From assembly GCA_036172245.1 (NCBI GenBank), contig JAYWIR010000047.1, forward strand, positions 868,001-932,000: a stretch of 64,000 bases of DNA, read 5' to 3'. The notes under the pieces were generated by a model. It was not told where the DNA came from, searched no databases, and saw only the letters and a list, made by a program, of their open reading frames with translations. The stretch comes from Raillietiella orientalis (taxonomy: Eukaryota). This document shows, piece after piece, positions 1 to 12,410 of this stretch (positions are counted from its first letter, which is position 1; each line of letters begins with the position of its first letter). A program made the position numbers and the translations under genes.

Positions 1-3000
1 CGGCCTCCTCCATGATGCAGCCGAACCTCCTCGTCCCGGATTCCGTCCGTGGTCGACAAAAAAGAACCGAACCACCTCGCCTTTCTTCGGGCGAAACCCT
101 GCTGCTTGCCCGCCTTCTTCGTGGAGAGTGGAAGGTGGGCCACCAGTTCGCAGGCAGCCGTGGCTCCATCTCCGCCGACGCGCTCGGAGCGACGAAAGGG
201 GTGTGTGTGTCGGAGGGGGGGGGGAGATCTGGCAATCCGGTTGCGGAGACGATATGGAGCTCGCGAAGGAAGACCAGCAAGTGATGGATGACGCCATCAC
301 ACCGGAGAACAACGGGCAAACAGGAACCGAATTCCTGTAGTATCTCTTTCGGTAAATCTCCCATCCGTGGTGATGGATGGGGAGGAGGCAATGCTGTCAC
401 CCAGATGCTGGGGACAAGACACTCAGCTGCTCTTCGCTCATCAAGAGCGAGAGGCTTATCCGGCTCGTGCAGAAGCAGCATCCCCCCCCCTCCCCTTGGA
501 ACACCCGTTATTCCCCTCGAGTTCTCTTCTAATTGCTTCCGCACATGTAAGGCAAGGTGCGTGCATGTGAAGAACCCATATTAATGCCGACGAGGACAAA
601 GGAAGAGTGCTGCCGTCAGGAAGCGCTTTGCTGTCTTCGGAGATTGGCTCCGGGGCCCTCGGTGTCCCGGGGCTCCACCTGGATACAGCGAAGGAAGCGA
701 TCCCGTCGCCAACGCCGCGCGGTCCTTGCCTCAGCTCCCCACGTGGCATACCGAGAACGTGCGTTCGCTATGTGCATGCGTTGGGCTGCTGAGAGACCGA
801 ACGTGTTTACGCAAACGTGGACACTGGCTCTCGGCTCTGCGTGTCCCACCCTTCCAGAAGGCCTCTCGTTTAGGTCTTTTCACCTTCCGTACGACTTGTG
901 ATGAAACGAATCATTTTGCGGGTGCTTTATCTTTCTCTTAAGTTCCCTTCGCCGTTCAAAACACTTGGGATCATCACATCGGCTCATGATGGAAGAATCA
1001 GCATGGCTGAACTTTCCAGATCAGTATGTCTGATCGTTAAGTGCAAAGGAATCAAAGAATTTTATTTTTCCTTCTGCTCTTTTACGTGACAGCGCATCGT
1101 CAGACTTAGGCATTCGGCCTGCACGAATTCCACGCGTTTGCAGGGACATCTGTTATTGAAACTAGTAACTAAGCCTCGTATTTTATGGGTGTCTTATGGT
1201 CTCTCTCAACAGCAGTGGGATTCCTGAAGTGGTACGGCTTCATTAATGTCAAAGGAAAGCGTGGCATAAAATGCCACATGCCCGAACGCATCCTAAAATC
1301 CTCAAGATTTCCTTCTTGTCTGTATCTTCGTTTATATTCTTCCTGGGACTTGGAAGATTTCTTTCGGCTTCCGGTGGCAACGGTGAACGCAACGACGGGG
1401 CCGTCTTGACAAACTCCATGATTCACAAGTATCTTGGAGGACCTTTTTTCCGGATTCCTGCAGATTGCCACGCTTACGAGGATTCCACTTTTCTCGAAAT
1501 TGGAGGTTGGTTGTCTGGGCTCAGCTGCTTGGCTCGTAAATTTCCAGGTGCCAGAATTTCGTCCGTTCTTTTTACGCCGGGTCGCCGCGTGAAAAGTGAG
1601 GTTTCTTGTTCCTTCCCCGCTCTTTTCTCTCGCCCCCTACCCCCCCCCCCCACCTCCTTCCCCCCTTCGAAACTTGCAAGTCTTGTTAACCGGGCAATCG
1701 CCTGTAGAGAGGCCCACCTTTCCCTTCGTTGTTTGCGCCTGAGCCGCTAGATGGAACCCTCAAAAGTTTTGCACGCGCCTTGAGGTGAAAACCGAAACGA
1801 TGACGAAGCTGTTGTGGTCACCGTGTGAGTGCTCAACATTCGGTTACGAAGCGCGTGCGTATGCATCCCGGATTCTTCTCCCGAGTAACCCGCGGCTGGA
1901 GCTGCGTAGCATGGCGAAGTGAGAGCCAGTCGGTCTGAGGGAGCGGACGTTTTCGTCGTCAGCAGCAGCCAGATCCGATGCTGAGGAGACGCTGCAGAAT
2001 CGGAGGAATGCCCGGTAAGAGGTGATTCCCTGGAGGAGGCGGCTCGCACCTGCTCCGGAGGGCGTCCTTTCCGGTTTTCCGCTTTCCCTTTCGCGCGTGT
2101 TTCGTCCTGGCGTTGCGCCCGCGCGCGTGTTGCGGAGGCACTGCGGTGGTGGCCGCGCGTGGTTGCGTGGCCGCGCGCGGGAACTGACCGGGAGAACGCC
2201 GGGAAAGCAGGGAGCGAGGGGCTGTCGGCGAGGTCCTACTCGCGCCCTCCCCCTCAGGGCCTGCGATCGCAGAAGTCTCCTCCTCCACCCACTTCCTGGG
2301 GTTTCGGGAAAGCGACGGCCGGCGCTGCCTGAAAAGCCTCTCTGCCTCTTCCTCCCCCCCCCCCCCATGCGTGCCGCGGACGCACGGGCGTTGCCGGAGG
2401 CACGCTTCCCGCGTGCATTTCGCGATGGCCCCTGTGTATGTGTGCTCGCGCGCGCGCGTGTGTCCGGGGGGGCGCAACGCGCGGGTTGTCGTGTCTGCCG
2501 AGCCACCGCCGCGGCTTCGCAGCCGAAGTTCCCACTGAGCGCGCCCGCTGCTGACCTGCGGCTTCGGTGTTCCGTGCGGGTCGCGCCGGCGGCGGCAATG
2601 TACGCGGGGAGCGAGCAGCAGCCGCGCGCGCGCGCGCCGTTTCTTTGCGCGCTTCGTGGGTGGGGGGTACACCCCTGCCCTCCCTCCCTGCTTTTTGAGG
2701 GTGCCTGGCAGAGATCGGACTTCCCTCCTCCTCCTCCTCCCTGTTCTCGTCCTTCCAGCTCGACTCCAGGAAGTTTCGGCGTGCCCTCCGGCTGCGCAGT
2801 TTCGGCATGCCGCCTCTGGCCACTCGGAGCGGACGGACGCGCCGAGCTCCGAGGGGCACGGGAACGCCGCGCGAAGGGCGCAAGACGTCGAGGCGTCGGC
2901 AGGAAGCCGCATAGACGCACGCGGGCGGAGGGGAGGGGTTGGCACGACAGACGCACCTCGGGCTGGAAGTTTCCTCCCTGGCAAGGAGGGGGCCGACCCC

Positions 3001-3526
3001 GGAAGTGCGCGCACCGGTCGTGCCTTCCCGTTCCGCCGTGCACCCGTCTCCGCACTCTGAGTTTCTTCCTTGGCCGGCAGATCGCGCGGGTGCCCCCCCC
3101 CCCTCTCCCGCCTCGCTTTCGCCCTCCTCCGCGTCCGCGAAATTCCGGCGGTACGTTCCTTGGGGATTTCCTGCGGGAGGGGCGGGCGTGTCCGCGGCCC
3201 CGGAGTCCCACGTCTTCGTGGGCACGCTGCGCCTCCTCCGCACCGTCCGGGTACGACAGAGGAGATCCTATCGGCGGTCACCGGGAGAAAACGCGCTCTC
3301 CCGGGGCGGGTGGCTGCAGCCCATGCGCAGCGCTGCCGTCTCGCGTGGGGGGGCAATCTGACCAGGGTCTTCGCGCCGCTCCCTGATCGAGTCCGTTGCT
3401 AGCTGCTCGGGCCAGGTGACCCGCGGGGGCTAGCTGCTTCCCGCCCTTGCTGCCACCAGTTCCAGTGAGGCGGCTGCGGAGAGGATCCAAGGTCGAGGCC
3501 GCGGTGGGATCGCGGGGTGAGAGGGA

Positions 3527-3733
3527 ATGGGACCCCGAGGGGGCGTGGGGAGCGACCAGCTCGGAGTCCGATTCCCCTTTTTCCTCGAGGGAGCTGTGCG
3601 ACCTCGAGGTCGCCTTCGCGACCGTGTGGCTCGGTAGGGGAGGGGAGGACAGCGGCCTATTCAGCCATCGGAGTGGGCTGCTGAACCGGCGAGCCATCCT
3701 GGAGGACGGGCAGATGTCGCGCTACACCTGGAG
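3527..3733 (+). CDS. Putative first coding exon of the FRMPD4-like gene (start unresolved)
   Basis: A GC3-rich frame reads DPEGAWGATSSESDSPFSSRELCDLEVAFATVWLG...LNRRAILEDGQMSRYTW and ends AG|gtgatc (phase 2). This matches the phase-2 acceptor at 19619. The join gives EDGQMSRYTWSHITHASSWIPP, which has WW second-half spacing (YxxNHxTxxTxWxxP). The only in-frame ATG is at 3714; the strong-context ATG at 3527 is one base out of frame. Confidence 0.55.
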
Positions 3734-6700
3734 GTGATCCGCAGGCGGGTGGGCGGGGAATGCTGAAAAGCGAAAGGACGGCGGGCGGGAGAGACAAAAA
3801 AGAAGGAAAGAAAGAAGAAGAAAAGAAAAACCTTGCGACATTCAAAGATGGCGCTCGCGGAGGACGGCGAGGTTGCGGTGGGAGGCGCCGCGGAGGTGTT
3901 TTGATTGTTGCGCGCACGTGCACGAGCGCGTGCAAAGCATCGCACCGCGGTCATGGCGATAGCGTGCCGGGGCGATGCCAGCGCGCGGCGGCGGCGGCGG
4001 CGGTGGTGACTCGCGCCCGCGCTGAGGGCGCCACCCACGCCCTCACCCCCCTTACCTTACCCCCCCTGTTTGCATGTGCTGACGCTCCTCCCGCGCGCGC
4101 GCGCGCTCGGAAGGAACGCGGCGGGCTTCTGGATTTGCCCGCCGTGCTAGGGTCGGCGCTGGCTTACAGTTGCAGTTTGGTGAGGTGATGGGTCGGTGGG
4201 GGGACGCCGACCACGCCGTCGGGAGCACTGCCCAGTGGTTTGGTTCCCCACTGTAGCGTTCGGGAGAGCGACAGGCTGGTGAGGTGACACTGCCTTGGCC
4301 GGAGCTCTCGTAAAGGCTTGCATCTCCTTCCCTTCCGCCCCGGGAACGGGCCCCGTCCCTTTTTTCGCTCGTGTGCTGCGGACGTGGTTTTTTCGTCTCC
4401 CTCGGGATCGAAGGGAGAAGGCGCGAGGCCTCCCTCGAACGGACGCTTCCCCCTTCCTTCCGTCATTCGGTCATCCCGTCCTCGGCGCGGAGGACAGGAA
4501 GCTGAGAGCCGGAAGTCGGACGGACCTGGGCGGCGCAGGAATCCTCCCCTCTGCGACCTTCCTTCCCCCGCTTCGCGCGCACCATCCCCGCGGAGGGCGA
4601 GAGGGGACGCGGGCGCTGCGCCTTCCATCCGCCGCTTTTTCGGGGAGTCACGTTTTTTTCCGGCGGCCCCCTCCCTGACAGGGGGGTGCGCGCACGTGCG
4701 TGGAAACGTGTCGGTCCTGACGGATCGGCTGCTGCTGCATCCTCACCTCTGCTCTGTCCTTGTATATGTTGTATATGTCCCTGTTGTACCTGCGGTTGTA
4801 CCATACGCGCCGTTGGCGCACTCCCTCCGCCGCGTTCTCTGCATGCGCCGCGCGAATCACGTGTCCCACGTCACGTGACCGTGCTCGGCCGTAGAAAGGT
4901 AATTGACAGCACGCGCACGCTTCCATTTCAGGGGACCAAAAACAAAGCAAAGCAAAGGAAAGGAAAGGGGGGGGGGGGGAGAAACGATGGTTCTCCCGTT
5001 GTGCTGCCTCTCGAGTTTCGGCTGCCTCGACTCCTTTCGAATGTCCCTCGCACATCCTTCACTCTTTCCAAGGCATGCGCGCTTTTGGAAGGAGCTTTGT
5101 TCTTTTCTCACGGGTGAGACCGCCGGGATCAGATCGGGAAGAGCACTCCAACAAGCACCCGGCGTCTTCGTTAGGTCGCCTTCTCACCTGAAGGAGAAGG
5201 CGAAGAGCACCTGGAAGGTCTGCGAAAGAGGTGGTGGTGTTTCTGCGACCGGCGACGTTCGCTGTGAAATCGTGTGAGGAAGCGCGCAGACCGCGTCGGC
5301 CGCGGCCCGCTGCCTGCTGTGGTTGGGCCGAACGGTACATCTTGCTGGCGTGACGAAATCCGATGGTGTTTTTTTGGTTTCTCTGCTCAAAACCGTTCCG
5401 AGGACTCTCTCTTGCAACGACACAGAAGCCGCCGCTTGATTGTCCGCCGTTTATTGCCTTTTTTGCTCCGCAAAGGTTCTTCTTCCTCGGACGGGAAGCC
5501 GGCAGGAGCGTCCTACCCCCCACCCCCTCCCATTCCGAATTCCAAGTGCTCTACTCCCATCAGACATCTCATCAGCTGCATCCGTCCCGTTCCGCAGATG
5601 CCCAGCGTAGTGAGACTGCGTGGAAAACAGCGATTCTCGATTCATCCTACTGCCAGGGATGTTTGTCTTCCCATTAACTTTGGAGCGGGGTCTCACAGTC
5701 GACACCATTCTGTCTTGGAAGTTCGTTTGGCGTTCTTTCTCTGTCAGTGGGTGTGTCGGTGGGCGTATTTATTCATTCATTCATTTATTTTTTCTAAACA
5801 AGGAAAGGCTTCGCCCTAAGAAAGTATTAGCTCGTCTCATGCATTTATAAGGTGGCAACCCTGCTTTACTCACAAAGGATGTGCAATTTTTCTTTCCCGA
5901 TTTGTAATTCATTTAGGTGACTTGGAATGCAGTCAATTCATTGACATTCGAACGGATTGGCTATTTTGAAATTCTTGCGCCTGCTGGCTGCTTTTGAGCG
6001 AGAGACGTAAAAGGACGTGCTCATGTCCTGCCTTCAGCCTCAACAGTCCTAATCTGCTTTGCAGGACGAGCCGCGAGAATGCATCGGGAAGCAGACCACG
6101 AAATCCTCTTGGATTCTCTGTCCATTTATTTTAACGTCGTCCAGGAAGAAAAGTTTTCCCTCTGGACTCAAAGTTCATAGACGAGCGCTCTATCCGCGAT
6201 TTCATCTTGTGTCGTCGGATTTGAGGAATCTTCGAATTCCTAAGGTGGTAGCACTGTCGTGCAAACGTACGTACATGCTGTACTGAAATGCACACATACG
6301 TGTCTGACATTGTTCCTTTGCTGTTCGAGACAAACAGAGCCATGTTTTCACGGAACGAAACGGTTACAAAGGGAAAGGTTTCTTGCGCGGGTTCTCAGCG
6401 TGCATAATAAGGAGGAAAGGTGTATTTGTTCTTCACGGCATGAAAAACGATATTCCTGGGAGCTCTAGCGTGCGATCTCCATGGCTGTGGAATTTTCCGA
6501 ATACCTAGAGTCAAGACGAGCGTGATTCTGCTTCTCTGTGGCATGGGGACGATGATAACTGTTTCGTTAGCTAAAGAGAAAATCGGTATCTTTTAAGGCC
6601 ATCATGTTACGTGTTATGCTATTTGCAGATGGCTGATGCCAGTAGGCAAGCATGGCCGCACACGAGTCTTTAAGAACTCGACGGAGTTGCTTTTCTGCTT

Positions 6701-7489
6701 CCGCATCGTTCATTGCAAGACGTGAGATTCTGTACTCATCATCGGTCGACCCTTCCGCCTCCTCTAGCCGTCTTCTTTTTTGTTGCTTTTCCTTTTCTTC
6801 CTTTTTGGTGTTTTTTTTGTTTTCCTTTTCTTGCAGCGTAAAAGTTCCCGCCTGTTTGCTCGAATGGCTTCGTGAGTGTATTCGGGGATCTGCAGTCCGA
6901 GGCATCCTTCAGCTGCGGGTGGGATCTGCGCCCATAGGCCGATACACCTCAGCATCCGGGACGCAGCAATGCCCATTCCCGAGCGGAAAGTTTTTCGATT
7001 TGAGCGTCATCGTCGCAGAGATAGAAACACGATATCGGCAACACTGCCGTCCGAAGTCAGTCCTGCCAAGTTTGACTGTGGTTGAAAACTGATGAGAACT
7101 AATCCTAAAATAAATCGATAAATGACAGATTATTAAAGCTATTTGGAGCGTGCAGAGATAACGGTGGATAAATCTACCTGAAAAAAGGAAATGCTTCTGT
7201 GAAATAAAAGAAATAAAATTCGAAGAAATGGAGCTGAGTGAATAAAATAAAAAAAAAAAATGCGCAAAGCGCAAATTCGTCTGAATCAAATACGAATACG
7301 AATGGCTGAGAGTAAATAAACTGCGTGCTAATGTAAATTAAATCGGCTGTTGTGCCAATCCAGCTGCTCCCGTGCAGGGCAGCACAAGAAGGAACCGGTC
7401 TGCCTTGCTCTGCATCGAAGGCCGATGAAGGATGACACGGAGTGAAACCCGTCGAAGAATCCTGCAGTAGTGCGTGCTTCCCGCTGTCC

Positions 7490-7522
7490 GACGCAGAGGA
7501 TCGGATCCGATCCGTCTGCGTC
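7490..7522. repeat. 33-nt near-perfect palindrome (single-base bulge)
   Basis: GACGCAGA GGATCGGA | TCCGATCC g TCTGCGTC. Confidence 0.8.
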
Positions 7523-10500
7523 CTGCGCGATCCAAGCATCCGTCTCTTCGCAACGGCTTCGTCGCCTTTCCGGGATGCGCTTCCTCGACGGCCTTACCGG
7601 GGGCGATGCGGGGAAAGCCGCGCTTCCGACCCGTGTCGGGCCGATCCCGTTATCCCGCGCTCAGGCGGTAACGGGAGGGTTCGACGGTTGCGCCTCGCGG
7701 GTCGCCCATCTTATCGAAACGCAACGGGGAATTGACGGATCGACTGCCTGATCCAACGCTTGAGTGGAAAGCAAACGAGGAAGAAGGTTGGGGGGGGGGG
7801 GGAGAGCAATCGGGGCCGCTTCGCCCATGACAATGGACCAAAACCGGTGGTGATGGACTGAAGGTGGCCCGGGACCAGCAAATGCGTGCGGGAACGGCGC
7901 CCTGGGGAAGGGAAGGCCCTCGAAGGGAATGGTGAACTTTCGGCCGCGGAGCAAATCTATCGGCCGCGGGGTCCAAGGGGGTGTGGCCTTTTCCGAAAGA
8001 GAGCGCGCACCAAGGGGATGGGAGGCGGGCGAATCCCTATCCGGGCCCGTCTCCTCGACGGTGGGGTGCGGTAGATTGATGTCAGCGCACGAGTGCAACG
8101 GGGTCCTACTTCTTGGAAGGGGGGGAGTTCAGGAGGGACGTCCAATGGACAAATGAAAACAAGGAACGGGGTGTGTTTGTGATGTCGCTGGAGGCGTCGC
8201 TCGGTACAATTCCGGGTCGTTTCTTGGTGGAGGTCAGCCGGAGTGCGCATCGGGCCCTTTGAGTTCGTGGGTTCTGTTCTCCCGGACGAGGAGGGAGCGA
8301 CCAGACGTGCTGGATGGGCGCGCGCGCCCAGCTTGCTTGTCTCCTCGCCAGATGGGAGTGTCGGCGGCAGCGCGCGCGTCTCGAGGGCCGGGGGGTGTTG
8401 TCCGCGGAGCTTCCCTCTGGGGGCGTCCCCAAACCCTCTGCTCCGCATGTCGGGGCGGGGAGATCCGGAAGGGAAAGCTTGGGGTGGGCGGGGGGGAGGC
8501 ATCGGGATTGCGGCGGCGCGAGTCCACAGTCGCCGCTGGTGGGGGCGGGTGACCAGCGAATAACGAGATGACCACAGAGCCGATCGGTGGGTCGAAGGAC
8601 GAAGTTTCGGTGCGCTGGCGTCCTCGTCCGGTGTCGCCGCGAGGCTCGATCGAAGGGGTCCCTCGAGTGCACGAGGGGTCGGCGCCGGGAGGGGCCGACC
8701 GACCGTCCTCTCGGCAGGGAGGGAGCCACTGCTCTTTGCTGCCGCATCCCCACTTCGCCGCCCGCTTCTCCCCTCCCCGTGCGGAGGAGGAGCGACCCAC
8801 TGTGTCCCGAGACCCTCCGGCCATCGTCACCGTGCGCGGAGGCGTCGCGTTTTCCGCTCCATTTGCTCGGTCGCCGCCGCCTGCCGTTCGCTGACCCGCC
8901 CAAGGGCGCCCACAAGCAGAAACGCGTGGTGGAGCCTCCTCCCCTTCCTTGGCTTCTCATCCTCGCAGCCAGGCGGCGTTCCCGTAGAGGGGCCCGCCTC
9001 AGCAGGCGCAGGGGTCTCTGGGTCCTCTTCATCTCGCTTCTGGAGTTTCCAGGTCGCGGACAGGGGGAGGCGGCGGGGTCGGAGTTGCCAGGATACGCTC
9101 GAGGAAACCTTCTCGTGGTGGGTGGAACCCGAGGCGGGCTGGCGCGAGGAGGGGGGGTCGGTCGAGCCAGTGTCTAAAGACTGTCTATTGACCCGTGGGG
9201 TGGGGATGAGTACAGGGGTCCAGAGTGTCCACAAGATGACCACGCGCCCACACCTTCGTGTAGCCGAGAGTGGACAGCGCAGGATTTCAATCCGTCCTCG
9301 CCTGGGGAAATCCTAAAAGCCAGTGTTAATTGGGATGGAGAGGATTGCAGGGAACGACGCTGAGGGCAGGAGCCGAGGGACTGGAAGCTGTGTCTTCCCG
9401 GCGGGGACGGTGGACAGGACGGGCGACGTCCGGCGGGAGCGTGCCTGGAGGTGGCTTCCAGGTTAGTTCGGCCGCGGCGGGTCCTCACTGAAAGTCTTGA
9501 AGAGGGAAAGGGGTAAGAAGAGGAGGGGTCCATGCATCCTCTTACCCGAGCTCCCGCTTCTGCAGGCATCTGGACCGTCTGTTCCGGGCATGACCTTTGC
9601 CTTTGCTTGCGCCTTCGCCTCCCGTCAGCTAACGGCATCCTTTGCTCGGCCCGTCCTCTCCTCATATGAGCGGGCAGCTGCGTCGAAGTGGTCGCTTTGC
9701 GTCCACACGCGGATGGGGAAACGGTTGCCCCGGGCAACAGCTTCTCCTCCCTGGGCAGGGCGAAGGGGGCAGGGCTTTCGTGACGGAGGCGATGGCGACA
9801 GAGGTCCAGGCGGGGAGAGGAAAATGGAGAGAAGGAAGTGTTCCTCCCCGGTCCTCCTGTCCCGGGGGGAGTGAAGGACCCCCTGAGGCGGTGGGTGGTG
9901 AGCGCGCTAACGCGGTTGGCGGTAGCCATAATTTCTCCTGCGAGCATACGGCTGTGGTCAACTCCTGCGTCGAGGGATACATTCGAGCGCTCGGTTCACC
10001 TTACGGCTTGCCGGGAGCGCTCTTGGTGACCCCAGGGGCGGCAGCGCAGCGATGGACCCCGCTCTTCGCTTCCGGGGAGTTCCCGGACGACCTCCCCTGC
10101 GCGTTCACCGTCCTCGCACCATTCCGCATTCCGCCGGCTGCCCTCCCTTCCCGTTCCGCGGCGCCCGACCCGAGGGTGGAGGGGTGCAGGGCAGACTCCG
10201 GAAGCGCCACTCCCTCTCTCGAGACCTGAGCGCTGCTGTTGGCCCGGTCGGCATTTGCCTCCTCCCCTCGCTGCCCCCGTGGCTGGCGCCGGGAGGGGGC
10301 GAGGGAGGAGCCGCTGCTTGGACGGACGGGGCCCCGCGCATCGCTAGGCCTCCTGGCGGTGAGGAGTGGAAATGGTCCGCAGGCGTCGTCTGCCCGCAGG
10401 CGAGGGGCCGCTTTTAGCCGGAAAGTGACAAGACGGGAAGTCTCGGGGGAGGAAGAGGAGCGACGATGCGCGCGTATCCCGGCGTCGGCGGAGCTGTCCT

Positions 10501-12369
10501 CGCGATACCTACCCACTCCCGGTCGCTCTTGGTTTCCGAGGCCTCGGAGGTGGCGCGGGCTCTGCGAGGAGTGGGCCTCCGTAGGATTCTCTCCCTCCTC
10601 CCTTCCGTCGTGTGGTGGGGAGCTCGGGTGAAGGGCCTGGAGCCGTCAGTGGCGCAATGGAGCAACCGATTTCCCTGCACTCCCCAATCAGCCTCCTTCT
10701 CCTCCTCCTCCTCCTCCGTCGGTGCCTCCGCCCGCACTCGGTCGGATTTTCGCGCGCGGCACCAGCCCTGTGCCGAGGAACCACCACCCCAGTCGCCACT
10801 ACCACCAGCGTCCGCCGTCCATCCCGTCTGCGCCGCGGTCGATGTCTACGCCACCTCCACTCCACCTCCCTTTCGAGCGCGAGGCGTCTCGGCAGCGGGA
10901 GAGGCGACTCGAGGAAGCACTTGGATGTCTTGCGGTAGGGAGCTGCAGGGGTCACGGGGTCGGCGGATCTCCCAGTTCAGCGCTCGAGCGCCCCTCTCCC
11001 TCCCGGGAAAGGAAGGCGGCATTTCTCTCGTCCGCTGCTGCCACCGAGCCAGGTTGCACTGCGCCTTGCCGATGGCATTCTTCCTTTTCCTTCTCCCTTG
11101 CCTTCCCTCGGATGTTTACTTGCGTGGTCCGGGGAGATGCCACCCCTCCCTCGCCCGGTCTTCAGCGCCGGCGCGCAGCACTCCGGGAGTCGCCAACCCC
11201 AGAGGACGGCCACGGCTACCGATCGGAGGCCTCGCGGCCGAGACGACCGGATGCGGAGCCGGCTCGCCTCGACCTACGGCCAGAGGAACCGCCGCTCTGC
11301 GGATCTTCCAGAGAGTTAGGGGGGGGGGGGAGGAAGGGACGTAACGGTCGGAGGAGCTCACTTCTGGTTTGCGGGCGCACATGCGCACAGTCCGGCACGC
11401 CCTCCCGCGGAGGACCGGAAAGTTCGGCTGGCGATTCGCAGGAGCGCGCTTTCGCGAAGCGAAACCACAGACTTCCGGGATGCGATGCGGGGCGGGAGGG
11501 AGGCGCGACGGTTGGCGGGCGGAGGGAGGGGGAGGGGAGGCGGCCTCAGAGCCAGCGAGGGGCGCGGCGTCCGCGTGTGCCTCCTCTGCCCGCAGAGACG
11601 CGCCGCTCGGAGGGGAAGAGGTAGCCGGCAGCAGCAACAGCAGCGCTGCCGATGTCCCAGCGAGGTCCCAGGGTGGATTCCTCCTGCATCTGCTCGGGGA
11701 CGAAACGTCTCTCAGGATCCTTCTCCGGATGCTTCCCTCGTCTCTGCTCGAGGTTTTTACGGATATTTCCGGGGGTTTTCCGGATGAGTCCCTTCCCCGC
11801 GGAATTTCCTCCGTCTCAGTCGGAGGCAGGCCGTCGCTGTGCGCGAGCTTCTCGTCGCCGACTGCTCGGGAAAGCCGGCTGCAGGTGCATCTCGCTCGCA
11901 TGTGAGCCGCGGTTTCCCTAGAAACAGACGCATCCCCTTCGCGACCAGCATCCCTCAATCGGCGGCTCCTTCCCCGCTTCCGGTCGACCAGGAATTTCGT
12001 TGACTCCCTAACGCAGACGAGCGGACGACAGAGGGGTGCATTCGGCAAACGTCCCTGGAACGATCGGGAGTCTTCTATCCCGTGCTCCCTTTCGCTGCTG
12101 GCAACAGCCATTCCCGTGCGCCTACGTCGGGATCGCTGCTGCTCCACGAAGCTCGGTGAGTCCCTCCCGATCCAGCCGCGTGTCTCGGCCTGGTGTTTCT
12201 GCCTGCGTAGGATGATTAATCCCAGTTCGCATCTTCTTTCGAGATCGGGAAGACAGGTCGGGGAGGGATCTGGGTGCCGAGAGGTTTTATCCGCCGGGAA
12301 GAAGGGAAAAAGTAGCTTACGCATCCAGAGTGGTACCCGTCGATGTCTCCCGAGCCTTGGTGGACTGCT

Positions 12370-12410
12370 CGGGACAAGCTGTTGGGACTCTAGCTCAACA
12401 GCTTGTCCCG
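12370..12410. repeat. Perfect 15-bp inverted repeat with an 11-nt spacer
   Basis: CGGGACAAGCTGTTG-ggactctagct-CAACAGCTTGTCCCG. Confidence 0.85.

Noticed and set aside
1844..3386. Overlapping 450-465 aa ORFs on both strands
   Set aside because: They are Arg/Pro/Gly/Ala-rich, open in several frames at once, run through homopolymer tracts and show no domain. This is expected in very GC-rich DNA.
7089..7096. CTGATGAG, a hammerhead ribozyme core-like motif
   Set aside because: I could not form a stem II followed by GAAA or any flanking helices.
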